Origin: Saprolegnia diclina VS20
Lineage: Eukaryota
Reading direction: 5' to 3'
Assembly: GCF_000281045.1 (NCBI RefSeq)
Contig: NW_008246088.1
Span: forward strand, 115,496-176,893
DNA: 61,398 nt
The position numbers and the translations under genes were made by a program. The notes beneath the pieces were generated by a model, which saw only the letters and a list, made by a program, of their open reading frames with translations, did no database searches and was not told where the DNA came from. Of the stretch, positions 10,691 to 22,113 are shown piece after piece. Every line of letters starts with the position of its first letter. The stretch's first letter is position 1.

Positions 10691-11757
10691 CCTTTAGAAT
10701 AGTACGCGCGCGTATAAAATACTGGTATGCTAGTGTGTAGTTCTTTGCCAGCAGCTTTTATTTTGCAAGTGTCAGAACTGAGGCGCCCCATATTACGAAA
10801 TATATTAGCTAATACATAATACATACCATCTTCAACCCCACCCATCCACCCACAATCCCCGTCACCACGTCCTTCACAGCACCGGACGTGGTTTGGTTCG
10901 TGGGCTTGGCCGCTCGGCGAGGAACAGCCACCACAAGAATCGCTCGAAAGATCAAACGAGCGGCCAATACTTCGGGCTACTTGAGCACTTTTCGAGAATT
11001 CATTCGAGGGGTTTCGCTGCCCGTTCCTTTTTATGTAGCACCTTCTGTTTCTGTGGTCGGCGGCTGGCGTACCAGTATAATCTGGTTCTGAAAGCTCAAA
11101 CTTCATCGCCCGGTGCATCACTTCTGCAGTCGTCGACCTCGTGGAGGACCATGCAAAGCGCCTGCTTCCCTGAACGGCTTCCTAGGACGTTCTTCTGTCC
11201 TTCATCAGTGTCGCGCACGAGTAGCCTCGTCGCGCCCGTGGCACCGAGCGATGGCACGGTCGCCACGCAGCCAGATACCAAGTTGCCGCTTCGCGTTTGC
11301 TCTCGACCAATCAGAACGCATTCGAATCTCGAGCACTTTAATTAGTCACGCGATCCTGCACGGCCACGTTCCGACGCCAACGCATTTTATGCGACCTTCT
11401 ATACAAATACAGAGTTCAAATAAAACGTGCAGTAAAAATAGAAAGGCCGGAACAAGATCGCCCGAATACTCTGCACCAGCATGGGTTGTACGATTAAGCT
11501 TGTTGTTTGTATGCGCAATGTACGGGACGTGAAAAATCGATTGCTTTGGACTCGATTCACGTGGGAAATACGTGGGATATGCAAGCAGCTGCATAGTTGA
11601 GGCGGTGGATCCCGAGGAGCCCACGCCCACGCCGACGACGCCCATCATCCAATGGTCGTCGCTCCGGATCTGGCCCGCGGTGGATCGCTGAAAATTCATT
11701 TTGTGGTATTTTCGACCCTTTTTTCAGAGCCATTTTCCAATTCTCCAGCTCGAGCGC

Positions 11758-13155
11758 ATGAGCAACACCGACGTCGTCAAGCCGCCGAGCTACGCTGCCG
11801 TGCCGGCGCTCACCGTCGTGCCCGAGTACTCGCCCGAGAAGCGCCGAGGCCGGTGGCTCTACCAAATGGCGCTGGTCAACCTCGTCGAGTTTGCGGCCGA
11901 GTCGTCGCGNNNNNNNNNNNNNNNNNNNNNNNNNNNNNNNNNNNNNNNNNNNNNNNNNNNNNNNNNNNNNNNNNNNNNNNNNNNNNNNNNNNNNNNNNNN
12001 NNNNNNNNNNNNNNNNNNNNNNNNNNNNNNNNNNNNNNNNNNNNNNNNNNNNNNNNNNNNNNNNNNNNNNNNNNNNNNNNNNNNNNNNNNNNNNNNNNNN
12101 NNNNNNNNNNNNNNNNNNNNNNNNNNNNNNNNNNNNNNNNNNNNNNNNNNNNNNNNNNNNNNNNNNNNNNNNNNNNNNNNNNNNNNNNNNNNNNNNNNNN
12201 NNNNNNNNNNNNNNNNNNNNNNNNNNNNNNNNNNNNNNNNNNNNNNNNNNNNNNNNNNNNNNNNNNNNNNNNNNNNNNNNNNNNNGGGTACGCGCTCACG
12301 CCGGGCCTCGGTGGCCTCATGGCCGGCACCCACTTTACGGTCTTTGGCGCCAAGATTGACGAGCTCACGGCGCCCGGTCTTGTCCTTACGATCCTCAACC
12401 TCATCACGATGATCCTCATGTTCTTCACCTTTGACGAGTCGATTGGCTCGGGCGACGCGCCGGACGTGAGCCCGAAGCGCACCAAGTCGCAGCGCCTCAC
12501 CGAATTGGACGAGGACACGGTCGACTTGCCGCAGTCGCTCATCTACTGGGGCATCTTTGTCTTCATGCTCCTCAACATGCTCACGCGTGGCATGCTCGCG
12601 ATCTTTGAGACGATCAACGTCCCGTTCTTCCTTCAAGTCACGGGCCACAGCAGCAGCCAAGCGATCATGGCGGCGTCGACGTTCCAGTTCAACCTCGGCC
12701 TCCTCGGTCTCTTCTCGTACGGTGCGATCGAGCTCTGGCGGAACGCGATCAGTGACGTGCTCTGGCTTCTCCTCGGCTTTGCGGCCGGCGCCCTCGGCAA
12801 CTTTGTGCTCCTCTGGAACGTGAGCCCCGACTGGGCGTACACGCAAATGGTGGTCGGTGTCTTCTTCGTCTGGAGCATCTGCAGTCCGCTCACGACCGCA
12901 GTGTGCGTCGTCGCCTTCTCCAAGATCCTCGGCACGCGCCAGCAAGGCACGTGGATGGGCCTCCTCGGGTCCGCCGCGTCCGTGTCGCGCATCATCATGC
13001 CGCTGTTGCCGGCGCTCTTTTCGTCGTTCAAGCCCGTCTTTTGGATCAACTTTGTCGTCTCGGTAGCGTGCATTGGCCTCCTCTTTTGGTACGATAAGCT
13101 CGTGCACAAGGTCAAGCACGCGCTGCTCGCGGGCGAGTCGCAGTCGCTTGTCTAA
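11758..13155 (+). CDS. MFS transporter, MFSD8/CLN7-like (copy 3), interrupted by an N gap
   Basis: MSNTDVV...EFAAESSR, then the gap, then GYALTPGLGG...SKILGTRQQGTWMG...ESQSLV*. Confidence 0.85.
   Translation: MSNTDVVKPPSYAAVPALTVVPEYSPEKRRGRWLYQMALVNLVEFAAESSXXXXXXXXXXXXXXXXXXXXXXXXXXXXXXXXXXXXXXXXXXXXXXXXXXXXXXXXXXXXXXXXXXXXXXXXXXXXXXXXXXXXXXXXXXXXXXXXXXXXXXXXXXXXXXXXXXXXXXXXXXXXXXGYALTPGLGGLMAGTHFTVFGAKIDELTAPGLVLTILNLITMILMFFTFDESIGSGDAPDVSPKRTKSQRLTELDEDTVDLPQSLIYWGIFVFMLLNMLTRGMLAIFETINVPFFLQVTGHSSSQAIMAASTFQFNLGLLGLFSYGAIELWRNAISDVLWLLLGFAAGALGNFVLLWNVSPDWAYTQMVVGVFFVWSICSPLTTAVCVVAFSKILGTRQQGTWMGLLGSAASVSRIIMPLLPALFSSFKPVFWINFVVSVACIGLLFWYDKLVHKVKHALLAGESQSLV
11910..12285. other. Assembly gap (N run)
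   Basis: Run of N inside MFS copy 3, covering a highly conserved N-terminal segment of the family. Confidence 0.99.
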
Positions 13156-13408
13156 TCACGACGAATCTATCTACTATAGTACTACTCTTGAAGCGCCATC
13201 ATGCTAGTGTTTGCAGTGAGCTCGACTAGGACCGACAACCAAAGCACTCGTGTTGGCGGGAAGGAGGATGCCTGGCTGTAGAGCGCCACGCGGGACGCTA
13301 ATTGCTGAAAACCGCTACTACTGTAGTAGGTGCTGTCCGTGTCATTCGTGGTTGCTATAGCACACGCGAAGAGGCTACGTCTTGGTGTGCAGCGTCGCGT
13401 GGCCAAGG

Positions 13409-13888
13409 NNNNNNNNNNNNNNNNNNNNNNNNNNNNNNNNNNNNNNNNNNNNNNNNNNNNNNNNNNNNNNNNNNNNNNNNNNNNNNNNNNNNNNNNNNNN
13501 NNNNNNNNNNNNNNNNNNNNNNNNNNNNNNNNNNNNNNNNNNNNNNNNNNNNNNNNNNNNNNNNNNNNNNNNNNNNNNNNNNNNNNNNNNNNNNNNNNNN
13601 NNNNNNNNNNNNNNNNNNNNNNNNNNNNNNNNNNNNNNNNNNNNNNNNNNNNNNNNNNNNNNNNNNNNNNNNNNNNNNNNNNNNNNNNNNNNNNNNNNNN
13701 NNNNNNNNNNNNNNNNNNNNNNNNNNNNNNNNNNNNNNNNNNNNNNNNNNNNNNNNNNNNNNNNNNNNNNNNNNNNNNNNNNNNNNNNNNNNNNNNNNNN
13801 NNNNNNNNNNNNNNNNNNNNNNNNNNNNNNNNNNNNNNNNNNNNNNNNNNNNNNNNNNNNNNNNNNNNNNNNNNNNNNNNNNNNNNNN
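13409..13888. other. Assembly gap (N run)
   Basis: Run of N between the convergent MFS copies 3 and 4. Confidence 0.99.
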
Positions 13889-14178
13889 GCAGAGGCAATT
13901 TTTATGTTGACAGTTGGCAAGTTGCTACGCCAGTATGCGATGGAACTACTTGATATTTACACTCGCTGCATACGTGAGAGCGTCGCGTCGGGCTACCGTT
14001 CTGCGGTGTGTACATGCTGTAGAACGGTAGCCGAAGCCCTACATGCGTCAAAGCATGTCGTTGGAGCATCTTTTTTGGTAGCGCTTTCTACTACAAGACG
14101 CAAAGAAGGGTAAACAAATCTCTATTGGCGCGCCACGTAGGGCTCAACCTCGATGCAACATGCAAGTGCCGGGAAGGC

Positions 14179-15613
14179 TTAGACATACACGGTTTTGGGA
14201 AGGAGCGTCTGAGACGCTTGCTGCGACCGCTCGCGCTTGACGATCGCGTCGTACCACACAAGAAGGCCCAGACTCGCCACGCAGAGTGCAAAGTTGATCC
14301 AAAAGAGCGGCGTAAACGTCGCAAAGAGCGCCGGCAACAGCGGCATGATGATGCGCGACACGGACGCGGCGGACCCGAGGAGGCCCATCCACGTGCCTTG
14401 CTGGCGCGTGCCGAGGATCTTGGAGAAGGCGGCGACGCACACCGCAGTCGTGAGCGGACTGCCGACGCTCCAGACAAAGAAGATACCGATCGCGAGCTCT
14501 GTGTAGCTGCGCGAGGCCATGTCCAGGATCAAGACGAGGTTGCCGAGCGCGAGGGCGCCAAAACCAATGAGAAGCCACATGACGTCCGTGATGGCGTGGC
14601 GCCAAACCTCGATCGCCACGTACGCAAAGAGCCCGAGAAGACCCATGTTGAACTGGAAGCTCGAGGCAGCGAGGACTGCTGTCTCGTTGGTGTGGCCCGT
14701 GATGTCGATGAAGAGCGGGACGTTGACGGTCTCAAAGATGGAGAGAATGCCACGCGCGACGACGTTGAGCGTCATAAAGACAAAGACGCCCCAGTAGACG
14801 AGGCGGTCCGGGAGCGCGGTGAGCGGCGCGACCTTGGACTTCTTGGCCGCAAACGGCGTCGGCGAGACGTCTGGTGCGTCGGCGAGCCCGATGGATTCAT
14901 CCCACGTGGTGAGCATGAGCACAATCGTCACGAGGTTCATGGCAGCGAGGACGACGCCAGGTGCTACATTCGAGATTCAGATTGAGATGGAGATTGCGAT
15001 GGTGTAGAGTACCTGTGAGCTTGTGGATGTGAAGGCTCCCAATGCGAAAGTCAATGTCGTTGAGAATGCCGCCGAGGCCGGGCGTGAGTGCGTAGCCAAA
15101 GAAGACGACCATGGCAAGGATCGTCATGTACTTGAGGCGCTGGTCGACGTGCGTGATGGCGGCGACGTTGGCGCGGCACACGCTGCGGTTGCCGGCGCCA
15201 AAGCCAACAAGGAACCGGCTCACGAGCAATACGTGCACGCAGTTGTAGACGTGCAGGTCCGCGAGCAGATAGATGATGTTGCCAAGCAGACCGATCAACG
15301 ACGACACAATGTACACAAAGCGGAACGAGTAGCGGTCGCAGAGCCAGCCAAAGACCGTGGACGAGATGAGGCGGCCGACGCTAAAGACCGACGTGAGCAG
15401 ACCCATCTCGTAGAGCGAGCCGCCGAGCGACTGCGTGTAGAGGAAGAGCGTGGGCATGACCACACCGCGTGACGACTCGGCTGAGAACTCGACGAGGTTG
15501 ATGAGCAGCATCTGCACACGCCACTGCGTCAGCCGCCTCTGCGCACTCGACGGCGACTGCACCGGGCTCAAGTCCACCGGGATCGTCTGGTAGTCGCTCT
15601 TGCTTGTGGGCAT
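14179..15613 (-). CDS. MFS transporter, MFSD8/CLN7-like (copy 4), 1 intron
   Basis: Starts MPTSKSDYQTI; FGWLCDRYSFR and SKILGTRQQGTWMG. Intron about 14964-15012. Confidence 0.88.
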
Positions 15614-16888
15614 TGGGGCTCGAATTTCAAACTGATACAACTCCGGTGGCGCCACTGGATTTGTCCCGAAAAACCCATTTGACCCAAGATCGCAGCTGGG
15701 GGTGATTGGTTGACCGATCAGTGGCGCCTTGTTGTGCATAAAAGAAGCGGTGCTGGCCCAGCCTTGCCTGGCGCCTTTCGTGTGCCTCGAGGGTATTGTA
15801 ACCAGCATCCCGCCGCTCCGTCTTGGCTTGGGTGGCATTGGACCAGGTTGGACGTCGATTTGAAAGATACTCGACTTGCTCGCTCGCCAAAATCTGATCG
15901 ATTCCAGTGTAGCACCGCCGGATCGAGTTGTGATGGATGCGAACATATCACTGTAGCAGGCAGTTCCTCGACGTCACGCTGGATCAATGGAGGGCGTGTC
16001 CCCAGGAAATCACTGATTCACAACCCTTCCCACGTAGAGTGCATGTCAATGAACCAGCATCGATTAGCCGGCATGAGTTGGCGTCATGCACTGCGTGGGC
16101 AAGCAAGCGCTGCCGCTGGGATTTGCTACCGGTAGCAGAAGATGAGCCGCCACGGTGCGCGACGCGGCTACCTCTCGTATCGAGCCCTCCACACCAGCTC
16201 GACGCTGCGTTGGGCAAAACCCTTTGTCCCATTTATCCCAATTCGAGAGGAGGCCAACCACCCAAGATTCGGCCAGTCACTTGTATTGTCGGCGAAACCT
16301 CTGCGCCAAACTTGGAATCTCGGCACTCATCCGGATACGCAAACCGACGCCGCGCGCTGATTGGTTCCTGGCACAACGGCGGGTCGCGCACGGCATACTC
16401 TGATTGGCCCGCGCTCACGTGCGACAGCCCCAAATAAATTGACCAATCATATGGTATTGGACTGAAACCGCCGTTTCACGTTGACACGCGCGCACCTAAA
16501 GTTCGCGTCGATCGATGGTCCATCACCCTCACGGTATACGACCGGCACATTATGAAATGCTGGGCTACAAGGGCTGTAGCCTGTGCAGTAGCAATGCGAG
16601 GGCTGTGTGAGTCGGCGCTGACCGCCCGAAGAGCGGGAGCTGCCTTCCTTCTGTTTCGCCGAGTTACTCTTGAGACAAAATCATTTTATTCACTCTTGGT
16701 GATCCCTTTTCGTTGCCAATATATCCCATGACGTGTATGCATCATACACCAATAGTCATACACGAGAAATGGCTCCCAAGCCCTTCTCAAGTCGGTTTCC
16801 TAACCGATGACGCTGCGGTCTATGTATGTCGCGCGTCTCACGTTCGCGCACTTGGAGACTGCGGCAAGCTCCAACTCGAATCCGCTTC

Positions 16889-18528
16889 ATGCGCATGCGA
16901 CCACATGCTGCCGTGCTTGCGATCCTCGCCGCCATCTGCTACGGCGCCGTGCATGGCGAGCTTGCGCTGACCGCCGTCGTCGACGCCGAGATACACGCGC
17001 TCGAAGAGACCACGAAGCTCCTTGCGACGCGGCGAAGCCTTCTCCATGCGCTTGCCACGAACGCGTCTGTGCCGATTGCGTCGGCGCCCGACCTCTTTCT
17101 CGACGAGGCCATGCATCGCTTTGGCCAGCGCGTGACCCACACGGAGCTCGTCTCGCTGCGCGTCAACAACTACATGCAGCACCAGCGGGCAAAGCGCAAG
17201 CTCGATCCAGCCGGCGAGTTCCTGCACCTTCTCGCCGTTGTGCATGCAACTGGCTGGCTACGACTCGTGGACCCGACGTCGCTATTAGAGGTGTGGGCAG
17301 TTCAGACGCACGTTCGCCACGCGACTGCGATCACGAGCATCAGCGGCAGTCGCAATGCCATTGCGCTCGTCGACGCGCATGGCGCAGTCACTGTGTTTGC
17401 CCTCCGCGTCTACGAGAATGGGCGGCTGGTCATGGGCGACTTTGTGCGCCGACGCCCGACTGACGCGCCTATCTGCCTCGTCCACGCCGCGCCGTCTGCC
17501 GACGCCATCCTCGCGTCATCGGGGTACCGTCAGTTGCACCCTCACATGCCGGCGTGGGTGACCAGCGCGGCTCCGCACGGAGGCTATCACTACGAATTTG
17601 AGCGGCTGTACACAACCACGCGCTTTGCGATGCCCGTCGTGACGGCGTTGACGCAAACGCATTATGACATGCACCTCGTCGTCGGCACGAGTGACGCGCA
17701 GCTCGTTGTCTTCAACAAGCTCGGGCAGCGCGTCCGGCGCACGGCAGTAGACGGTCCGATCCGCGCGCTCACACCGCTCACGGGCGGCTCAGTGGCGTAT
17801 GCCTACGGCAATGCCATTGGCATGGTCAACGTCAACGGTGACGGCGCACCGCAGACTTGCGTCGGCTCAAACGACGCGATCGTGTCACTGATTCGCGACG
17901 CCCAGCGCCCGCTGGTGCTCTTTGCCGGCACAAGCCGCGGCACGGTCTTGGTTTTGCACCTGCAGCGCCTTCTGGCGGCGGCGGGACATAGTGCGACGTG
18001 CCACATTCTGCACGAGCTTTGCCCAATGCACGCAAAAGCTCAGGAGACCGTTGTCCCGCAATTGATGGTATGGCGCAAGCACATTTTCGTCGTGGCGCGC
18101 GACCAGTTGACGGGCTACCGCGTCGCAGAGGACTCTGCAGTCCGCGTGTTTCACCGCGAGTGGCCGGTACCGGGCACCGCTGTGGGCGCGCAGCTGACTC
18201 GTGACGCGCCGAGTGATGCAACTGCGGCGGTGCACTTTGCTCATCCCAACGGAACCCGCGACGTGGTCGTGCTCCAGCTGCTCCTCACCCACGTTGAAAT
18301 GATGTACGATGTCTCGTGGATCCGAACACCGCTGATGGTACGACGCTGTCGATATCGCTTGCATCTGACTCTCGTGCTGGAACATAGGTGCTCTGCGCAG
18401 GAGGCTTTATCGTGTGGCAGCGCAGCAAGAAGAAGAGAGCGGCGGCGGGCCCCGGTATCGACGAAGCCGAGCTTATGCGCCTCGCCGAGCAGTTTGGTCA
18501 CCGCTTCAACCCGACATCGACTACGTAA
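16889..18528 (+). CDS. Signal-peptide, beta-propeller-like, C-terminal TM protein (At1g75140-like)
   Basis: Hydrophobic N-terminus (AAVLAILAAICYGAVHG), coiled-coil-like stretch and WD-like beta repeats. Removing an intron at about 18338-18388 gives WIRTPLMVLCAGGFIVWQRSKKKR and TAA at 18526-18528. Confidence 0.65.
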
Positions 18529-18678
18529 GGTCACGACGTGATGGCCGTCACTGCAGTTCTGCATTACGCTTTGCGGATAGTGCCGCGTCGATGTTACTGA
18601 GCGACACCGTCTTGAACGCCCTTTTCACTCGATACTTTGATATTTAAAAAGTGCAAACTGAGATGATATCAAAAGCGT

Positions 18679-19407
18679 TTACGCCGGCGTCGTATCGAGA
18701 AAGTGCGCGAGGTGGCCAGTCTTGACAAAGAGCCGAGTCATTGCTGTTGTGCTCGGGTTGCGCACGACGACTGCGTAGTTGTCGGTGGTCTGCGGCGGAA
18801 GCCGGATCCAGTCGTAGAGGTCATACGTGCCCGACGTCGCCGCATCGGCCGTTATCTCGACTCTGCCGTCGACGACAAAGAATTCTTGGCCGCCGGTGTC
18901 CTCGTCGAGGCGATGGGTGAGTGTTGCCCCTGGCGGCAAGTGCACGATCCACGCCGTTTCCGTCGTGATAGGGCTCGCGTACAGGCGCAGATACCGCCCA
19001 CCGCCCTGAGTCGTCGTCCACTCGGGCGTATCGCTCAGCGTGTTGACGACCGCGCCGGTGTCTTCGGGTACCATCCAGCGCAGCTTGACGAGGATGAGAC
19101 AACCGTCGGGCCCGATCGACGGCGCATGCACCGAGCCGACAGCGTTGCGAACGTACGTGCCAGCTGGGTACTCGCCCACGTCATCGCGAAACGTTCCTTG
19201 CAGCACGATAAACTCTTCGCCGGCTGCGTGCGTGTGCGACGGAAACGTCGAGTTGGGCGCGTACCGAACGAGCGTCGTCGCACGCGCCACCTCGTCGCCG
19301 TCGCGGTCCAGCATGCCTCGGAAGACGCCATTCGCGGGCGACGGGACGTAGACAAGGCCGGCGTGGCGCACGACAGCCGCCTTCCGAAGGTTGGCAAATA
19401 CTTGCAT
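18679..19407 (-). CDS. ChrR-like double cupin protein (Cupin_7 type), intronless
   Basis: SPANGVFRGMLDRDGDEVARATTLVRYAP, HTHAAGEEFIVLQG, YPAGTYVRN, HAP, GCLILVKL. A second cupin has GGQEFFVVDG...WIRLP...LFVKTGHL. Confidence 0.88.
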   Translation of the reverse strand: MQVFANLRKAAVVRHAGLVYVPSPANGVFRGMLDRDGDEVARATTLVRYAPNSTFPSHTHAAGEEFIVLQGTFRDDVGEYPAGTYVRNAVGSVHAPSIGPDGCLILVKLRWMVPEDTGAVVNTLSDTPEWTTTQGGGRYLRLYASPITTETAWIVHLPPGATLTHRLDEDTGGQEFFVVDGRVEITADAATSGTYDLYDWIRLPPQTTDNYAVVVRNPSTTAMTRLFVKTGHLAHFLDTTPA

Positions 19408-19854
19408 GTGAAATGGCAAATGCACTCCGCCGAGGGGACCGGTGCACGGTGGAAGTCGGGGGATTTCGGCGTTCCGAGCACGGTGATTGGTCCATTTTGA
19501 CAGGCAAATCTTGCGGCGCCTCGGCGTTGACCGACGTACACCAGTACTACGGTACCATCAAGGCCATAGCTCGTAGTATTAGATCAAACGCGGTTCTTCG
19601 TGGTATCAGTGCTCTGAAGCCCGTACAAGCAAGGTCATAAACTCAAATTTGTGGTCTTGGTGCTAGTATCGATGCGCCTCCGACCTATTCACTACATTTT
19701 TCCAAGTGCGTGTTCCGCTACAACAGTTCAATTCAGTGCGTGCACCATCCCCACCATGTTGAGGTCCGTGCTCCATGAGGCGCGATGGCGTCCATTGCAG
19801 AAGCATGCCCGCAAGGATCCTTGTGTTGTCCACCATGAAGGTTGCCCGTACTCG

Positions 19855-19970
19855 CCTTGGATTGGCTAAAATGGGAGCGGAATCGCGCGCGGATTGGTCA
19901 ATTTTGCGCGATAGCCACCAATGCCGGCAACCAGTGGATTAAATTGCTCGAGCACGCGCGATTGGTCGAA
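19855..19970 (+). promoter_or_regulatory. Cluster of three inverted CCAAT boxes (GATTGG) upstream of NOL10, in the divergent cupin/NOL10 spacer
   Basis: GATTGG near 19860, 19892 and 19960. CCAAT is a known oomycete promoter element. Confidence 0.5.
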
Positions 19971-19995
19971 GACACTTCAACGAGCAATAAGCATC

Positions 19996-22059
19996 ATGTC
20001 GTCCGGGCTCTCGGCGCAATCGCTCAATGGCGTCAAGGTCTACAACCTCAGCGCCGGCAAGACGCTGCCGCAGTGGCTGGCGCAGAAGACGAAGAAGGCG
20101 CTGAGCCGCGATGAGGACTACCGCCGCCGCCTCGAGCTCGTCCAGGACTTCACCTTTCCGACGGCGTCGCACTGCGTGACCATGTCGCCCGACGGCAACT
20201 ACATCATTGCGACCGGCACGTACCCGCCGATCGTCAAGGTCTACGACGTGCGCGACCTCAGTATGAAGTTTGAGCGCCGCCTCGACAGCCAAGTGCTCAA
20301 GCTGGTCTGCCTCTCCGAGGACTTTGGCAAGCTCGCGTTCCTCCAGATGGACCGCTCGATCGCATTCCATGCGCCGTACGGTACGCACACCAACGTGCGC
20401 ATCCCCAAGTTTGGCCGCGACATGGTTTACCACCGCGGCAACTGCGATATGTACGTTGGCGCGTCCGACGCCGAGATCTACCGCGTCAACCTCGACCAAG
20501 GCCAGTTCCTCGGCGGCCTCCAGACCAACATGCCAGCCGTGAACGTTGTCAAGCTCAACCCGGTCCATCAGCTCCTTGGCGCGGGCGGTGACAATGGCGT
20601 CGTCGAAATGTGGGATACGCGCAGCCAAGCGCGCGTCGGCTCGCTGAGCGTCTCGCCGGACGTGCCGGTGTCGGCGCTCAACTTTGACACGGACGGCCTC
20701 ACGTTTGCGGTGGGTACGCACACGGGCGAAGTCCGGTTGTACGATTTGCGGTCGTCGACGCCGCTCCTCACCAAGCAGCACCAGTACGAACTGCCCATCG
20801 TGGACGTGACGTTCCATGAAGGACCGTCCAAGCAAGTGCTCTCGTCGGACGCCAAGTGCATCAAGATCTGGGACAAAACGGACGGCAAGCTCTTTACGAA
20901 CCTCGAGACATCGGCTGACATCAACGACGTGTGTGTCGTGCGCGGTGGTGCGGGCATGTCGGGCGTGCTCATGGTCGCCGGCGAGCAGGAGCGCGTCATG
21001 TCGTACTACATCCCCGAGCTCGGGATCGCGCCAAAGTGGTGCTCGTTCCTTGACAACCTCACAGAAGAACTCGAAGAGGAAGCGTCATCGACTGTCTACG
21101 ACGACTACAAGTTTGTCACGCGGTCGGAGCTCTCGACGCTCGGCTTGGACCACATGATCGGCACGCCTTTGCTCAAGGCGTACATGCACGGCTTCTTCAT
21201 GGACGCCCGCTTGTACGCCAAGGTGTCGGCGGTGGCCGCGCCGCTCGCGTACGACGCGTGGCGCAAGGCCAAGGTCCAGGAGAAGGTCAAAGAGAAGCAG
21301 GCGAATCGTATTACGATCCAGCGCCGTCTCCCCAAGGTCAACCGCGCGCTCGCCGAGCAGCTCGTGTCGGGCAAGAAGACCAAAAAAGCCAAAAAGGCGG
21401 ACGACGAGAACGACGAAGCGGCCGAGACCGAGGGGCCCGAGCCCGACTTTGCCAACCCGCTCGGCGACGACCGCTTCGCAAAGATGTTTACGTCGACCGA
21501 CTTCCAAGTCGACGAAGAGTCCGAGACGTACCGCGCGATGCACCCGAACGCGCACCTTACCAAGCGCAAGAAGGCCGAGGACATGGACAGCGACGACGAC
21601 GGCGAAGACGAAGAGGAAGGTCGCTTCGACTTGGTGGACGATGAAGTCGAAGGTCGCCCGAGCGATGCTTCGACCTCGGAAGATGAAGACGAAGATGAAG
21701 ACGAAGCACCGACGGCGCCGGCGGGCAAGAAGAAGGTCGTGTTGCCCAAATTCTACGAGCTCGCCAAGGGCGAGTCGATCCGCAATGTCGTTGGGCTCGG
21801 GTCGGCGGCCGACAAGGACGCGCAGCGCGAGCGGCGCAAGCTCACCAAGCTACCGCTGGCCGAGCGCATCAAGCTCGAAAAGGTCAAGGCCACCGAGCGC
21901 AGCGTCATGAAGAACGTCCAGGGTGCCGGCATGGTCCGTGAAATGACGTACATGCCGCACAGCCACCACACGCGCAAGGTCGACAAGCCCGACGCGCGCA
22001 AGAAGCGTGGCGTCGGCGAACTCAACCTCAAGGGCCCTCAAAAGCGCTTCCGGCGGTAA
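19996..22059 (+). CDS. NOL10: Nucleolar protein 10 / Enp2 (WD40, SSU processome), intronless
   Basis: NGVKVYNLSAGKTLPQWL, RLELVQDF, LSMKFER, YYIPELGIAPKWCSFLDNLTEELEE, YDDYKFVT, AYMHGFF, LPKVN, and NUC153-type DDRFAKMF..DFQVDE. Confidence 0.96.
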   Translation: MSSGLSAQSLNGVKVYNLSAGKTLPQWLAQKTKKALSRDEDYRRRLELVQDFTFPTASHCVTMSPDGNYIIATGTYPPIVKVYDVRDLSMKFERRLDSQVLKLVCLSEDFGKLAFLQMDRSIAFHAPYGTHTNVRIPKFGRDMVYHRGNCDMYVGASDAEIYRVNLDQGQFLGGLQTNMPAVNVVKLNPVHQLLGAGGDNGVVEMWDTRSQARVGSLSVSPDVPVSALNFDTDGLTFAVGTHTGEVRLYDLRSSTPLLTKQHQYELPIVDVTFHEGPSKQVLSSDAKCIKIWDKTDGKLFTNLETSADINDVCVVRGGAGMSGVLMVAGEQERVMSYYIPELGIAPKWCSFLDNLTEELEEEASSTVYDDYKFVTRSELSTLGLDHMIGTPLLKAYMHGFFMDARLYAKVSAVAAPLAYDAWRKAKVQEKVKEKQANRITIQRRLPKVNRALAEQLVSGKKTKKAKKADDENDEAAETEGPEPDFANPLGDDRFAKMFTSTDFQVDEESETYRAMHPNAHLTKRKKAEDMDSDDDGEDEEEGRFDLVDDEVEGRPSDASTSEDEDEDEDEAPTAPAGKKKVVLPKFYELAKGESIRNVVGLGSAADKDAQRERRKLTKLPLAERIKLEKVKATERSVMKNVQGAGMVREMTYMPHSHHTRKVDKPDARKKRGVGELNLKGPQKRFRR

Positions 22060-22113
22060 ATAGAAAAGACACACCACGACCCATATATAATACTTAAACC
22101 CCAACCCTTGGTT

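Noticed and set aside
13182..14113. ORFs spanning the N runs
   Set aside because: They are long only because N codons contain no stops.
21580..21710. GAAGATGAAGAC / GACGAC short repeats
   Set aside because: They encode the ordinary acidic tract of NOL10.
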